Shown here piece by piece: positions 23,037-32,395 of a stretch of 62,377 bases of DNA. The DNA lies in contig JACOSH010000079.1 of assembly GCA_016178945.1 (NCBI GenBank), forward strand, positions 1 to 62,377, in the 5' to 3' direction. This DNA comes from Acidobacteriota bacterium. GTDB lineage: Bacteria > Acidobacteriota > Terriglobia > Bryobacterales > Bryobacteraceae. Within the stretch, counting starts at the first letter, position 1. Each line of letters opens with the position of its first letter. The position numbers were made by a program, and so were the translations under genes. The notes beneath the pieces are model-generated. The model made no database searches, was not told the DNA's origin, and saw only the letters and a program-made list of their open reading frames with translations.

Positions 23037-23858
23037 ATGACGTCCCTCAAACGTCTGGTCGTCAACGCCGACGACTTCGGCTTCACCCCCGACGTCAACG
23101 AGGGCATCGTGGAGGCCCACATCCGGGGCATCCTCTCCTCGGCCACCTTGATGGCCAACGGCTCGGCCTTCTCCGATGCCGTGCGCCTGGCCGCCGGCGT
23201 TCCCAGCCTGGATGTAGGCTGCCATCTGGTGCTCGTGGGCGGGCAGTCGCTGCTGCCGCCGTACCGGCCCTTGCCGTCCAGCGTCCCGGAGCTGTTGGCC
23301 GCTATCGTGGCGCGCCAGATCCGCCTCTACGAGGAGATGGCCGCGCAGGTCGGCCGCATCCTGGAGGCCGGCATCGCGCCCACTCATCTCGATACGCACA
23401 AACACACCCACCTGGCGCCGCCGGTGCTCGATGCCGTGGCCCGCATCGCCGAGGATTTCGAGATCCCCTGGGTCCGCCGGCCGTTCGACTTTCCCATGAC
23501 CGCGGTGCGCGGCGCGGCGCCCTGGTTGAAGCGGGCCACCAGCGAAGGATTGCAGTTTCTCCGCGCCCGTTTCCAGCGCGTTCTGAGCCGGCACCACTGC
23601 CGGACCACCGACTACTTTGCCGGCTTTCAGCTCACCGGCCACTTCCGCACCGCCGAGCTGGTGCGGTTGATTCAGTCGCTGCCCGAAGGGGTCACCGAAT
23701 TCATGTGCCACCCGGGCCGCTGCCGCGACCCGCTGCGGAGCGCTTCCACCCGCCTCAAGGAAAGCCGGGAAGCCGAACTGGAGGCCCTGATCGCGCCCGA
23801 GACCCGCGCCGCGCTCCAGGAATGCGGGGTTGAGCTGGTCAACTACCGGGTGTTGTGA
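23037..23858 (+). CDS. ChbG/HpnK (YdjC) family carbohydrate deacetylase
   Basis: LVVNADDFGFTPDVNEGIVEAHIRGILSSATLMANG is the YdjC-family N-terminal motif. The gene starts directly after the mlaD stop. Confidence 0.75.
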   Translation: MTSLKRLVVNADDFGFTPDVNEGIVEAHIRGILSSATLMANGSAFSDAVRLAAGVPSLDVGCHLVLVGGQSLLPPYRPLPSSVPELLAAIVARQIRLYEEMAAQVGRILEAGIAPTHLDTHKHTHLAPPVLDAVARIAEDFEIPWVRRPFDFPMTAVRGAAPWLKRATSEGLQFLRARFQRVLSRHHCRTTDYFAGFQLTGHFRTAELVRLIQSLPEGVTEFMCHPGRCRDPLRSASTRLKESREAELEALIAPETRAALQECGVELVNYRVL

Positions 23859-23970
23859 CCCGGGTGCCGCGCCTTGGCCAGTTTGGTTCCGGCTACGCCG
23901 GGTTAGGGAGCGGTCCAGTGCCTTTCCCCAAACCGTTACGCACCCGTGAGCCCCCCCGCCGTTTTCGAGC

Positions 23971-23976
23971 TATAAT
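23971..23976 (+). promoter_or_regulatory. candidate -10 box (TATAAT) upstream of the epimerase gene
   Basis: A perfect TATAAT lies 24 nt before ATG 24000 in a 138-nt intergenic gap. No convincing -35 was seen. Confidence 0.25.
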
Positions 23977-23999
23977 AGCCGGAATCTGGGGATAGGGTG

Positions 24000-25010
24000 A
24001 TGGATTATCAAGGGAAGAAGGTCCTGGTCACGGGGGGCCTCGGGTTCATTGGAAGCAACCTGGTCCTGCGCGCGGTCGAACTGGGCGCGGAGGTGACGAT
24101 TGTCGACTCCTCGGTGGAAGGCTGCGGCGCGAATCTCCACAACATTGCGGCCGTGCGCGACCGCGTCGAGTTGATCCCGCTCGACATCGGACAGGCCGCC
24201 GAGTTCGCCTCCGTGATCGCTGGCTCGGATGTGATCTTCAATCTGGCCGGCGAGATCAGCCATCTCCACAGCATGGAGTTTCCCGAGCGAGATCTGGAGC
24301 TCAATACCACCGCGCAATTGCGTTTTCTCAACGTCTGCCGTGGAGTCGCGGCGGGAATCCGCATCGTCTACGCCGGGACCCGCCAGATCTACGGCGTCCC
24401 CCAGTATCTTCCCGTGGACGAACTGCACCCGGTCAATCCGGTCGACTTCAACGGCATTCACAAGTATGCCGCCACCATGTACCACTTGATGCTCACCCGC
24501 AACGGCTGCCTGGACGCGATGGTCCTGCGGCTGACCAACGTTTATGGACCGCGCATGGCGCTGCACATCCCGATGCAAGGCTTCCTGAGCGCCTATTTGC
24601 GGGCTCTCGTGCGGGGAGAGGGGCTGGAAGTCTACGGCGATGGCGCCCAGTTGCGCGATCCGGTCTACGTCGACGACGTGGTGGAAGCGTTCCTGCTGGC
24701 CGGCGCCTTTTCGCGGCTCCCCTCGACCACCTACAACGTGGGCGGCCCCGAGGTGCTGTCCATTGCCCAGATCGCCTGCGCCGCCAGCCAGGCCGCCGGT
24801 GGAGCGCCGGTTCGGGTCCGTCCCTTCCCCGAAGAGCTGAAGACGATTGACATCGGCAGTTACTACACCGACTCGGCCCGCATCGAAAGGGATCTGGGCT
24901 GGAGGGCGCGGGTGCGGCTGGCCGAGGGCCTCTCCCGCTCGCTCGCATACTATCGCGGGGAGCCGGCGCACGACCCGGGCCTGGAATCGGCGGTCCGCCG
25001 CCCACGATGA
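24000..25010 (+). CDS. NAD-dependent epimerase/dehydratase family (extended SDR) protein
   Basis: GKKVLVTGGLGFIGSNL Rossmann motif, with extended-SDR length and layout. ATG 24000 is preferred over GTG 23997. Confidence 0.8.
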   Translation: MDYQGKKVLVTGGLGFIGSNLVLRAVELGAEVTIVDSSVEGCGANLHNIAAVRDRVELIPLDIGQAAEFASVIAGSDVIFNLAGEISHLHSMEFPERDLELNTTAQLRFLNVCRGVAAGIRIVYAGTRQIYGVPQYLPVDELHPVNPVDFNGIHKYAATMYHLMLTRNGCLDAMVLRLTNVYGPRMALHIPMQGFLSAYLRALVRGEGLEVYGDGAQLRDPVYVDDVVEAFLLAGAFSRLPSTTYNVGGPEVLSIAQIACAASQAAGGAPVRVRPFPEELKTIDIGSYYTDSARIERDLGWRARVRLAEGLSRSLAYYRGEPAHDPGLESAVRRPR

Positions 25011-25750
25011 ATCCGGCGGAGTTCTCGAATATCGCCAGCGCCGAAGAGGGTTTCTGGTGGTACCGCGGCATGCGGCGGATCATGTTCCGCCTGCTCGATC
25101 CGCTGTTTGCCGCACGCCCCTTCCAGCGCGTCCTGGAGGCCGGCTGCGGCACCGGACACTTCGCCAAGGCCGTGGCCGGGCGATACGGCGCGCCGCTTTG
25201 CGCCATCGATCTGGGCTGGCCGGGGCTGGAACAGGCCAGGCGGTACGGCTTAAAACGCCTGGCCCAAGCCGATGTCGCCGCGCTGCCCTTCGCCGATGCG
25301 GCGTTTGACCTGGTCCTCTCGATGGACGTGATCGTGCATTTCCCCCTTGGAGAGGAGGATCGGGCGATGCGCGAGCTGGCTCGCATCCTGGCGCCGTCGG
25401 GCATTCTGGTGCTGCGGGTGGCCGCCTTGGACGCGCTGCGCAGCCGCCACTCGCAGTTCGCGCACGAGAGACAGCGCTTCACCCGCGGCCGTGTGTGCCG
25501 CCTGGCCGAGCGCCATGGTCTGAAGGTGCTGCGCGCGACCTATGCCAACTCGCTGCTGCTGCCCGTGGCCTGGGCCAAGTTCCGGCTGTGGGAGCCCTTC
25601 TTGCGCCGCCCACCCGAAAGCGGGGTGCAGGGCGTGAGCCCGTGGCTCGACCGGCTTCTGTATCAACCTCTAAGCTGGGAATCGCACTGGATCGGCGCCG
25701 GCCGCAACCTCCCGCTGGGCCAAAGCCTGATCCTGATCGCGGAGAAGTAG
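25007..25750 (+). CDS. class I SAM-dependent methyltransferase
   Basis: VLEAGCGTGHFA motif I and FDLVLSMDVIVH. The start shows a 4-nt overlap with the epimerase gene. Confidence 0.75.
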   Translation: MNPAEFSNIASAEEGFWWYRGMRRIMFRLLDPLFAARPFQRVLEAGCGTGHFAKAVAGRYGAPLCAIDLGWPGLEQARRYGLKRLAQADVAALPFADAAFDLVLSMDVIVHFPLGEEDRAMRELARILAPSGILVLRVAALDALRSRHSQFAHERQRFTRGRVCRLAERHGLKVLRATYANSLLLPVAWAKFRLWEPFLRRPPESGVQGVSPWLDRLLYQPLSWESHWIGAGRNLPLGQSLILIAEK

Positions 25751-25752
25751 CA

Positions 25753-25806
25753 CCGCTTGCTCACGCGCGCGGCTCTGTTCTTCTTGGCGTTCTTGGCGTT
25801 CTTTGC
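25753..25806. repeat. single arm of the dispersed palindromic element plus a short 9-bp tandem
   Basis: CCGCTTGCTCACGCGCGCGGCTC (25753-25775) matches the arms at 35282-35304 and 35338-35360 with one variable base. It is followed by GTTCTTCTTGGC GTTCTTGGC GTTCTTTGC (25777-25806). Confidence 0.5.
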
Positions 25807-25830
25807 GAGACAGACAGGGAGCGGATGAAA

Positions 25831-27084
25831 CTACGTTTTCGGCTGCTGGACCGGCGGCGGCTCCAGGGCCACTTCCTCGCCCGCCTGCAACCCCTCGGCA
25901 ATCTCGGCGTGGGTGTTGCTGGTGATGCCGACCCGGATGTCGCGCGGCTCATAGCGGTCGCCCTTCCGCACCCATACCACGCGCTTGCCGGCGTGGGCCT
26001 GCAGCGCCTCCACCGGAACCAGCACCGCTTTGTCCTTGCGCTCGATCACGATCTCGGCGCTGGTGGAGAGATCCGGGATCACTCGACGATCGCTGCCCAG
26101 AATGGCCAACCGCACCGGGAGCGTGCGCAGGTAGTTGTTCTGCCGGAATCCGCCGGTGGCCAGCGCTCCGATGCTGTGGACCTTCCCCTTCATCAACAGC
26201 TCGGGAAAGGCATCGAAGCGGACGGTCGCCTCCTGACCGATGCGCACATCGTCGGCGGCCACCTGGCTCACCAAGGCTTCGATCTGCATGCTCCGCGGAT
26301 CAACTACCTTCATAAAGGGCTGCCCGGGCGCGATCTGATCTCCCTGCGAAATCTGAGCCATCTCGCCGGACCGCCAGATGGATTGCATCACCGCCAGGCC
26401 CTCGATCGGGGCGTAAAGGGTGAAACGCTCCAGGTCGTGCGTGTGACGGTCCCGGTGACGCTTGTGGCGTTCCTTGGTGATCTCCAGGATGCGGATCTCC
26501 GACTTGTAGGCCTCCTGTTTGGTCTTCAGATCGGCGAGCTGTTCCTTCTGCTGGGCCTCCAGCTCTTCCACGTTCATCTTCAGGATCTCCTGATCGATCG
26601 GAAACCGGACCTCCGAGGCGCTCAGATCCAGCTTGGCCTTCTCCATCTCGGCCTTGGTGACGCGGAGGGTCTGCTGCAGGTTCTCCCAGTCGATGGCCTG
26701 CTCGGCCTTGCGCTTCTTGATGTCCGCTTCCGCCTGGATGATCAACGCATCGAGGTCGTCGACATGGTCTTTCATCGATTGCCCGTCGATTTGCGCGAGC
26801 ATCTCGCCCTTCTTGACCATCGCGCCGGACTTGACCAGGAAGATGAGAATCAGGGCGCGTCCCGCGTCCGGCCCGCGCATCATGGGGGCGGCCACGGAAA
26901 CATAGTCTCGCGCCTGAGTGGAGCCGGTGACCCGCAGCGTACGCTCGATCGGCCCGCTGGTCGCCTTGGCGGTCTTCACCACGGAGCTCTGGGCGGCCTT
27001 CTTCTCGCCCGACTGCGAAAGTCCCACCGCCGCCAGCGTCCCTGCCAGGATCGCGCTCGCCAGAAAGAAGTGTTTCGAGGCCAT
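25831..27084 (-). CDS. efflux transporter periplasmic adaptor (HlyD/MFP family)
   Basis: 417 aa. It has a signal-like N-terminus, a barrel-sandwich segment (VKSGAMVKKGEMLAQID), a long coiled-coil hairpin and a C-terminal beta-barrel. Confidence 0.8.
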   Translation of the reverse strand: MASKHFFLASAILAGTLAAVGLSQSGEKKAAQSSVVKTAKATSGPIERTLRVTGSTQARDYVSVAAPMMRGPDAGRALILIFLVKSGAMVKKGEMLAQIDGQSMKDHVDDLDALIIQAEADIKKRKAEQAIDWENLQQTLRVTKAEMEKAKLDLSASEVRFPIDQEILKMNVEELEAQQKEQLADLKTKQEAYKSEIRILEITKERHKRHRDRHTHDLERFTLYAPIEGLAVMQSIWRSGEMAQISQGDQIAPGQPFMKVVDPRSMQIEALVSQVAADDVRIGQEATVRFDAFPELLMKGKVHSIGALATGGFRQNNYLRTLPVRLAILGSDRRVIPDLSTSAEIVIERKDKAVLVPVEALQAHAGKRVVWVRKGDRYEPRDIRVGITSNTHAEIAEGLQAGEEVALEPPPVQQPKT

Positions 27085-27142
27085 ATGTATAGCTTACTAT
27101 CAAGGCGCGTGTTAGGGTGGGGAGGTTACGGGAGGGAACGGC

Positions 27143-27399
27143 GTGGACACGCTTTGGCGGCGTCTGTTCCTGCCCGGCGAGGACCGCCCGGAGGCGCCCA
27201 AAGTGGCCATCGTGAGCCACGGTCTCTGGCAGAGCTGGCACGGGTGCTGTCGACCCTGTTGTTCCAAGTACGTCCCAGCGATCCGGCCACCTTGGCCTCG
27301 GTTGTGGCGATCCTGGCCGGCGTCGCCTTCGCAGCCTGCTACATCCCCGCCAGAAGAGCGGCCAAGGTCGATCCGTTGGTCGCGCTGCGGCACCACTGA
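27143..27399 (+). pseudogene. remnant of an FtsX/MacB-type (ADOP-like) ABC permease: N-proximal piece fused out of frame to the last ~55 codons
   Basis: One frame reads DTLWRRLFLPGEDRPEAPKVAIVSHGLWQS (MacB periplasmic-domain region). Another frame reads ELARVLSTLLFQVRPSDPATLASVVAILAGVAFAACYIPARRAAKVDPLVALRHH-stop (a typical permease C-terminus). The several hundred codons normally between them are absent. Confidence 0.5.
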
Positions 27400-27423
27400 C
27401 CTACTGACGAACTGACTTACCGA

Positions 27424-28542
27424 TTACTGCCCCACGATCTTCCGCATCTCGTGGACCGTCAAATCCAGTTCTTCGTCCGTGGTGTAAAAATGCGGGGCGA
27501 CGCGAATGCCCGCCCCAGGGCGGTAGTCCACCAGGAAGTCGCGCCGCAACAGTTCCCGCGTGACGGCTTGGCCATTGGGCGCGTCGATCACCACCACGCC
27601 GCCGCGGCGGGCCGGATCACGCGGGCTGTTCACGCGGAATCCGGCTTCTTCGGCCAGCTCGATCAGGCGCCCGGTCTGCCGGATCGACTTGGCTCGGATG
27701 CGCTCGACTCCGGCCTGACCGATGATCTCGTAGCCGGAGCGCGCCGCGTACATGGCCGGGACGCTGGGCGTGCCGTTCAGAAAGCGGAAGGCGTCCTCCG
27801 CGTACTCCATGGCCGGTTCGAAGGTGAACGGCGCGCGGTGCGCCATCCATCCGGTGGCCGCGGGCCGGAGCGACGGCCACAGATCCTGGCGGACATAGAG
27901 ATAGCCCGCGCCCGGCCCGCCGCAGAGCCACTTCACCGAGCCGCCGGTGGCGAAATCCACGCCCAGCTCGCGGACATTCAGGGGGAGCGTGCCCGCGGAT
28001 TGGTAGATGTCGGCCACCACCAGCGCGCCCGCTTCGTGGGCCCGGCGCGTGATCGCCGCCAGGTCCAGCACCAGGGAGCTGCGGAAGCTGACGTGGGAGA
28101 TCGACACCAGCCGGGTCTGGTGGCCGATGGCCGCGAGCAATTCCTCCGGCGGAACCGCGACCAGGCGCGCGCCTTGCCGCTCCAGCGCCTCATAGATGTA
28201 CAGGTTGCTGGGGAACTGCAAGCTGTCGCAGACCACCTGGTTCCGCGGGCCGCTCCAGTCGAAGCAGGAATTGACGATCGACTGGCCCGCCGAGACGTTG
28301 GGAACCATCACCACTTCGCCCTCGCCGGCCCCGATGATCTTGCCGATCAGATTGCCCACCGAGCGCGGCATCTCCCACCAGCCTTCTTCCCAGGCCCGAA
28401 TGCCGCGGCGGGTCCAGACCTCGGCGTACTCGGCCAGCCGCTCGGCGGCGCGCCGGGGCATGGCCCCCAGCGAATGGCTGATCATGTGGACCGACGTCTC
28501 CAGCGACGGAAACTCCTTGCGCCACTCCAGCAGCTCATCCAT
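27424..28542 (-). CDS. class V aminotransferase-fold PLP enzyme (kynureninase-like)
   Basis: 372 aa. HMISHSLGAMP, VADIYQSAG and FATGGSVKWLCGGPGAGYLYVR (PLP-lysine region) are present. Confidence 0.65.
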   Translation of the reverse strand: MDELLEWRKEFPSLETSVHMISHSLGAMPRRAAERLAEYAEVWTRRGIRAWEEGWWEMPRSVGNLIGKIIGAGEGEVVMVPNVSAGQSIVNSCFDWSGPRNQVVCDSLQFPSNLYIYEALERQGARLVAVPPEELLAAIGHQTRLVSISHVSFRSSLVLDLAAITRRAHEAGALVVADIYQSAGTLPLNVRELGVDFATGGSVKWLCGGPGAGYLYVRQDLWPSLRPAATGWMAHRAPFTFEPAMEYAEDAFRFLNGTPSVPAMYAARSGYEIIGQAGVERIRAKSIRQTGRLIELAEEAGFRVNSPRDPARRGGVVVIDAPNGQAVTRELLRRDFLVDYRPGAGIRVAPHFYTTDEELDLTVHEMRKIVGQ

Positions 28543-29842
28543 AGTGAATCCGGCAGTGAATCCGCCGCCACAAGTAGTACAACGGGATGCCTCCGGCGAT
28601 CAGGCCCAGCCCGGCCAGCGCCGGCCCCGGTGTGGCGATCAACGAGTTGATCACCAGCGCCAGGGAGGCCAGGCAGAACAGGACCGGCGTCGCCGGGTAA
28701 CCCGCCATCCGGTAGGGGCGCGGAGCGTCCGGCCGTCGCGCCCGCAGGACGATCACGGCGGCGACAGTCATCCCATAGAACACCCACGCCGCGACCATCG
28801 AGTAGGAGATCAGCGCGCCGAAAGAGCCGGTGAGGCATAGCAGTGCCGCCCACGCGCCCTGGGCGGCGATAGAAAACGAAGGCGTTTGAAAGCGGGGGTG
28901 TATCCGCCCGAACCAGCGGAAGAAGCTGCCGTCGAGGGCCTGAGCGAAATACACGCGCGGCCCCGCCATCAGGCCGCTGCTCACCGACCCGGCGATCGCC
29001 AGGACGATGGTGAGGGAAACCAGCTTGCCGCCGGCGGGCCCCAGCGTACGCTCCGCCAGGAGGGCGCCGGCTCGATCCGCGCCGGCCATTCCCCCCGCGC
29101 CCAGCACGCGAAGGTAGGCGTAGTTCACCAGCACGTACAGCGCGATGACGGCGCCCAGGCCCAGGGCCAGCGCGCGCGGCACATTGCGCTCCGGGTCGCG
29201 CACTTCGCCCGCCACAAAGCTCACCCCGCTCCAACCTTCATAGGCGAACAGGCAGGAGATGGCCGCCAAGCCCACTCCGGACCAGGAAACGGCGCTGCTT
29301 TCCGGCGGCGCCGTTTGGCCGCTCGCCAGGGCGCCGCCGATCAGCGCCAGCAGCCCGATCACCTTCAGCGCGTTGAACAGGTTCTGCGCCGCCGCGGCTT
29401 GCCGCACTCCGGTATAATTCAGCGCGGTCAGGACGGCAATCAGGACGACCGGCGTCCACCTGGAGGCGACCGGCGTCAGCGGAACCAGCGACCCAAGGTA
29501 GAGCGCAAAGCCCGTGGCCATGGCGGCGATGCCGCCGGACCAGTACACCAGGAAGAGGGTCCATCCGTAGAGGAACGCCCACATCGGCCCATAGGCCTCG
29601 CGCAGGTAGACATATTGGCCGCCGGTGGAGGGCATCATTGCGCCCAACTCCGCGTAGGCCAGCCCGCCGCACATCGAAAACACGCCGCCCAGAATCCACA
29701 CCGCCAGGATCATGGCCGCCGAGGCGACGCTCCTGGCAATCGAACCCGGCACCATGAAGATGCCCGAACCGATCACGATACCGACCACGATCGAGGCGGC
29801 GTCGAACCATCCGAGCTTCCGGGGAAGGTCAGGCAATCCCAT
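28535..29842 (-). CDS. APC-family amino acid permease
   Basis: 435 aa with roughly 12 hydrophobic segments. IVVGIVIGSGIFMVPG is the APC motif. It overlaps the downstream PLP enzyme gene by 8 nt. Confidence 0.85.
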   Translation of the reverse strand: MGLPDLPRKLGWFDAASIVVGIVIGSGIFMVPGSIARSVASAAMILAVWILGGVFSMCGGLAYAELGAMMPSTGGQYVYLREAYGPMWAFLYGWTLFLVYWSGGIAAMATGFALYLGSLVPLTPVASRWTPVVLIAVLTALNYTGVRQAAAAQNLFNALKVIGLLALIGGALASGQTAPPESSAVSWSGVGLAAISCLFAYEGWSGVSFVAGEVRDPERNVPRALALGLGAVIALYVLVNYAYLRVLGAGGMAGADRAGALLAERTLGPAGGKLVSLTIVLAIAGSVSSGLMAGPRVYFAQALDGSFFRWFGRIHPRFQTPSFSIAAQGAWAALLCLTGSFGALISYSMVAAWVFYGMTVAAVIVLRARRPDAPRPYRMAGYPATPVLFCLASLALVINSLIATPGPALAGLGLIAGGIPLYYLWRRIHCRIHYG

Positions 29843-29916
29843 AACGTAGCACGCGGGGACCCGGCTTGCGGATTGCGCGCCGGACCTCGGTCGCTTATTC
29901 TGAAGGACCGAGCACC

Positions 29917-30618
29917 ATGAAGGCCACCGTCGATCAGATTCGCCGCCGATTCGACGCCGACGTGGAGCGCTTCTCCAACCTGGACACCGGCCAGGCCTCC
30001 ACGATCGACGCGCCCCTGGTGATGGAGTTGATCGCGCAGTCGGCGGCGGCCCTCCATCCGGAGGCCAGGGCCTTGCTCGACATCGGCTGCGGGGCCGGGA
30101 ACTACTCGATCAAGATGCGCCAACTGTTGCCCGAACTGGACGTCACGCTGATCGATCTCAGCCGCCCCATGCTCGATCGCGCCTGCCAGCGGCTTACCGG
30201 CGCCCGCGTCACCGCCATTCAAGGAGACATCCGCGAAATCCCGCTTCCGGAGGGCCGCTTCGACATCGCGGTTGCCACCGCCGCGCTGCACCACCTGCGC
30301 GCGGAAGAGGAGTGGCGGGCGGTTTTCGCCAAGGTGCACCGGAGCCTGGTCCCGGGCGGATCTTTCTGGATCGCCGACCTGATCCGGCATTCGACGCCGG
30401 TGGTCGAGAGTCTGATGTGGACCCGCTATGGCGAGTATCTGAGCGGCTTGCGGGACGAAGCCTATCGCGACCATGTGTTCGCCTACGTGGAACAGGAAGA
30501 CTCGCCGCGACCGCTGCTGTTCCAGCTCGACCTGCTACGGGAAGTAGGATTCCAGGCCGTGGAGGTGCTCCACAAGAACAGCGTCTTCGCGGCCTTTGGC
30601 GGGATCAGGAGGGGGTAG
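29917..30618 (+). CDS. class I SAM-dependent methyltransferase (CmoA-like architecture)
   Basis: ATG at 29917. FDADVERFSNLDTGQ, LLDIGCGAGNYS motif I and FDIAVATAALHH are present. Confidence 0.7.
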   Translation: MKATVDQIRRRFDADVERFSNLDTGQASTIDAPLVMELIAQSAAALHPEARALLDIGCGAGNYSIKMRQLLPELDVTLIDLSRPMLDRACQRLTGARVTAIQGDIREIPLPEGRFDIAVATAALHHLRAEEEWRAVFAKVHRSLVPGGSFWIADLIRHSTPVVESLMWTRYGEYLSGLRDEAYRDHVFAYVEQEDSPRPLLFQLDLLREVGFQAVEVLHKNSVFAAFGGIRRG

Positions 30619-30621
30619 TTC

Positions 30622-31026
30622 ATGGGACATGTCGATCCCAGCGGGCGCGTGCCCCTGGGGTTCTCCGACCAGGCTCAGCTCGCTCTCTTCGAGAGGGACC
30701 TGGCCTCCATCATGGCCCGGGAGCAGGCGTCTGGGTGGGTCTTTGTCATCGGCACCACCGCCACCTTCTATTCCATGCATCCCGGCAAGCCGCCGGGACA
30801 CCACTTCGACAAGTCCGGCCGGGGTCAAAACTGGGGCCCCGGCGGGTTCCTGACTCTGGTTCCGCGATTCCAGACTCTTGTGGAATCGTGGAGCTCCCGC
30901 CTCGCACGGCCTGTCGACCTTAGGCTACGGCTCTCGCTCGATGAGGACCCGTTGTCGTCCGATCCGCTTCTCGACTTCGAACCGCCTCCGATCGTCGTGT
31001 ACAGGGGACCTCAGGGGCAAGGTTAG
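30622..31026 (+). CDS. hypothetical protein (134 aa)
   Basis: ORF only, starting 3 nt after the methyltransferase stop. I recognise no motif. Confidence 0.4.
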   Translation: MGHVDPSGRVPLGFSDQAQLALFERDLASIMAREQASGWVFVIGTTATFYSMHPGKPPGHHFDKSGRGQNWGPGGFLTLVPRFQTLVESWSSRLARPVDLRLRLSLDEDPLSSDPLLDFEPPPIVVYRGPQGQG

Positions 31027-31029
31027 GCC

Positions 31030-32385
31030 ATGGATCTCCTGATGCTGGCGGCGGGCCTTGCCGCCTCATTCGCCGTGGTGGCCGCCAACCTGGCCTTGGC
31101 CCGATTTTCGGGCGGGCTGGACGTGCTCGGGTGGATTTTTCTCGGTTTCCTCCCCGTTGGCGCGGCGATCGGAGGGTGGCTGGCGGCCGGCGGGGTCTAT
31201 CTTGGGGCTCGGGCCGTTCACCGCCTCCCCGAGAAGACCTGGCTGGTCTCCATGCTGCTGGCCGCCGGCTGGGCCTGGGTCCTTTACCACTGGCTCGGCT
31301 ACTACTCCGGCTCGCTCGCGGATGGAACCAGGCTTCGCGATCACCAGTCGTTTTGGGAGTTCTTCCGCAACTCCACGGAGCGCATGTATCTTCTCCTCGA
31401 AAGCGAAGGCTCCGCGCCCCCAGCGATCGGCCCGCTCGGCAAGTTCGGCTACCTGATCCCTCCGCTCCGGCTGTTCGGGTTCCTGGTGGGCGGCAAAGTG
31501 TTTCACTGGTTTCTCGACGAGCACCCTGAGGTCTGCCGGGTGTGTCGCCGGTATCCCTGGAAGAGGACCGTGCTCAAACCGGCGCCTCCGGCGCGGTTCG
31601 CGGAAATCATGCGCCGGGCGGGCCTCCGGTTCGACCGCAAGGATTCCAAGGCGCCCTACGTCACGGTCGGTCTCGCGCTCTATTCCTGCCGGCGCTGCCG
31701 GCGAAAATGGCTGACCACGGTGACCTCCATCTACGATCTTCGGATGAGGGGGGAGTCCCTGGATGTAACCGATGCCGAGATCGCCCATCTCCTGGAGGCG
31801 GTCCGCGCCACTTGGCCCGCGCTGAACGGTGTCGCAGCCCCCAGTCAGGCCGAACTGGACGGTCGCGATCCCTTTCTCGTTTCCCCGGCCAGCCAGGAAA
31901 TCCTGGAGAAGCGAGTGCCTGTCCCTCGGCGCTCGCCGGTCGTTCCGTTGGGCTGGGCATTGGTTCTCACGGGGCTGCCCTTCTGGCTGTGTGCTGTTTG
32001 GCGCGATGCCGCCACGAAACTCCAGGCGTGCGCCGTCATCGCCGGCGTCTTGGCCATCCCGGTTCTCCTACTCTTGAAAAGCGCTTGGCGCAGGAGCCGG
32101 CTCTTGCCCACGGGGCAACTGGTCAAAGGCATCGCCGAGTGCTCACACCGGGAGCATCTTCCTGAAGAGTATGTTCGGGGTCCCCAGCCGGATGACGAGA
32201 TTGGCGCCGGAGTTACGCTGGAGTACGCATTTCAGGCTCCCACCGGCGGCCCCCTCATCCGCGGCAGCTTCACTCACTTCGTTTATCCACGGGATCAGAA
32301 GGAGTTTACGAGATGGCCCGAGGCCGGCGCGCGCTTCCCCATCGCGATCTTGTATTTCGGGCCGAGGGACTACCGGATCCTGTAG
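31030..32385 (+). CDS. hypothetical polytopic membrane protein with a cytoplasmic CxxC...CxxC zinc ribbon and a DUF3592-like C-terminal domain
   Basis: 451 aa. Several N-terminal TM helices are followed by CRVCRRYPW ... CRRCRRKW and two more hydrophobic segments (VVPLGWALVLTGLPFWLCAVW, AVIAGVLAIPVLLLL). The tail is beta-rich. Confidence 0.5.
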   Translation: MDLLMLAAGLAASFAVVAANLALARFSGGLDVLGWIFLGFLPVGAAIGGWLAAGGVYLGARAVHRLPEKTWLVSMLLAAGWAWVLYHWLGYYSGSLADGTRLRDHQSFWEFFRNSTERMYLLLESEGSAPPAIGPLGKFGYLIPPLRLFGFLVGGKVFHWFLDEHPEVCRVCRRYPWKRTVLKPAPPARFAEIMRRAGLRFDRKDSKAPYVTVGLALYSCRRCRRKWLTTVTSIYDLRMRGESLDVTDAEIAHLLEAVRATWPALNGVAAPSQAELDGRDPFLVSPASQEILEKRVPVPRRSPVVPLGWALVLTGLPFWLCAVWRDAATKLQACAVIAGVLAIPVLLLLKSAWRRSRLLPTGQLVKGIAECSHREHLPEEYVRGPQPDDEIGAGVTLEYAFQAPTGGPLIRGSFTHFVYPRDQKEFTRWPEAGARFPIAILYFGPRDYRIL

Positions 32386-32395
32386 TGCGGGGCGC

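Noticed and set aside
21933-23711. 592-aa minus-strand ORF opposite mlaD and the ChbG-like gene
   Set aside because: It is a shadow ORF antisense to recognisable MCE and YdjC-family genes.
25777-25806. Short tandem GTTCTT(CTT)GGC / GTTCTTGGC / GTTCTTTGC, considered as a possible CRISPR or VNTR
   Set aside because: It has only three degenerate 9-12-nt units and no spacers. It is far too short for a CRISPR array and is treated as part of the intergenic repeat element.
25495-27399. 634-aa plus-strand ORF covering the adaptor gene region
   Set aside because: Most of it is antisense to a clear HlyD/MFP gene and reads as low-complexity sequence. Only its last ~55 codons look genuine, and those are reported as the permease remnant.
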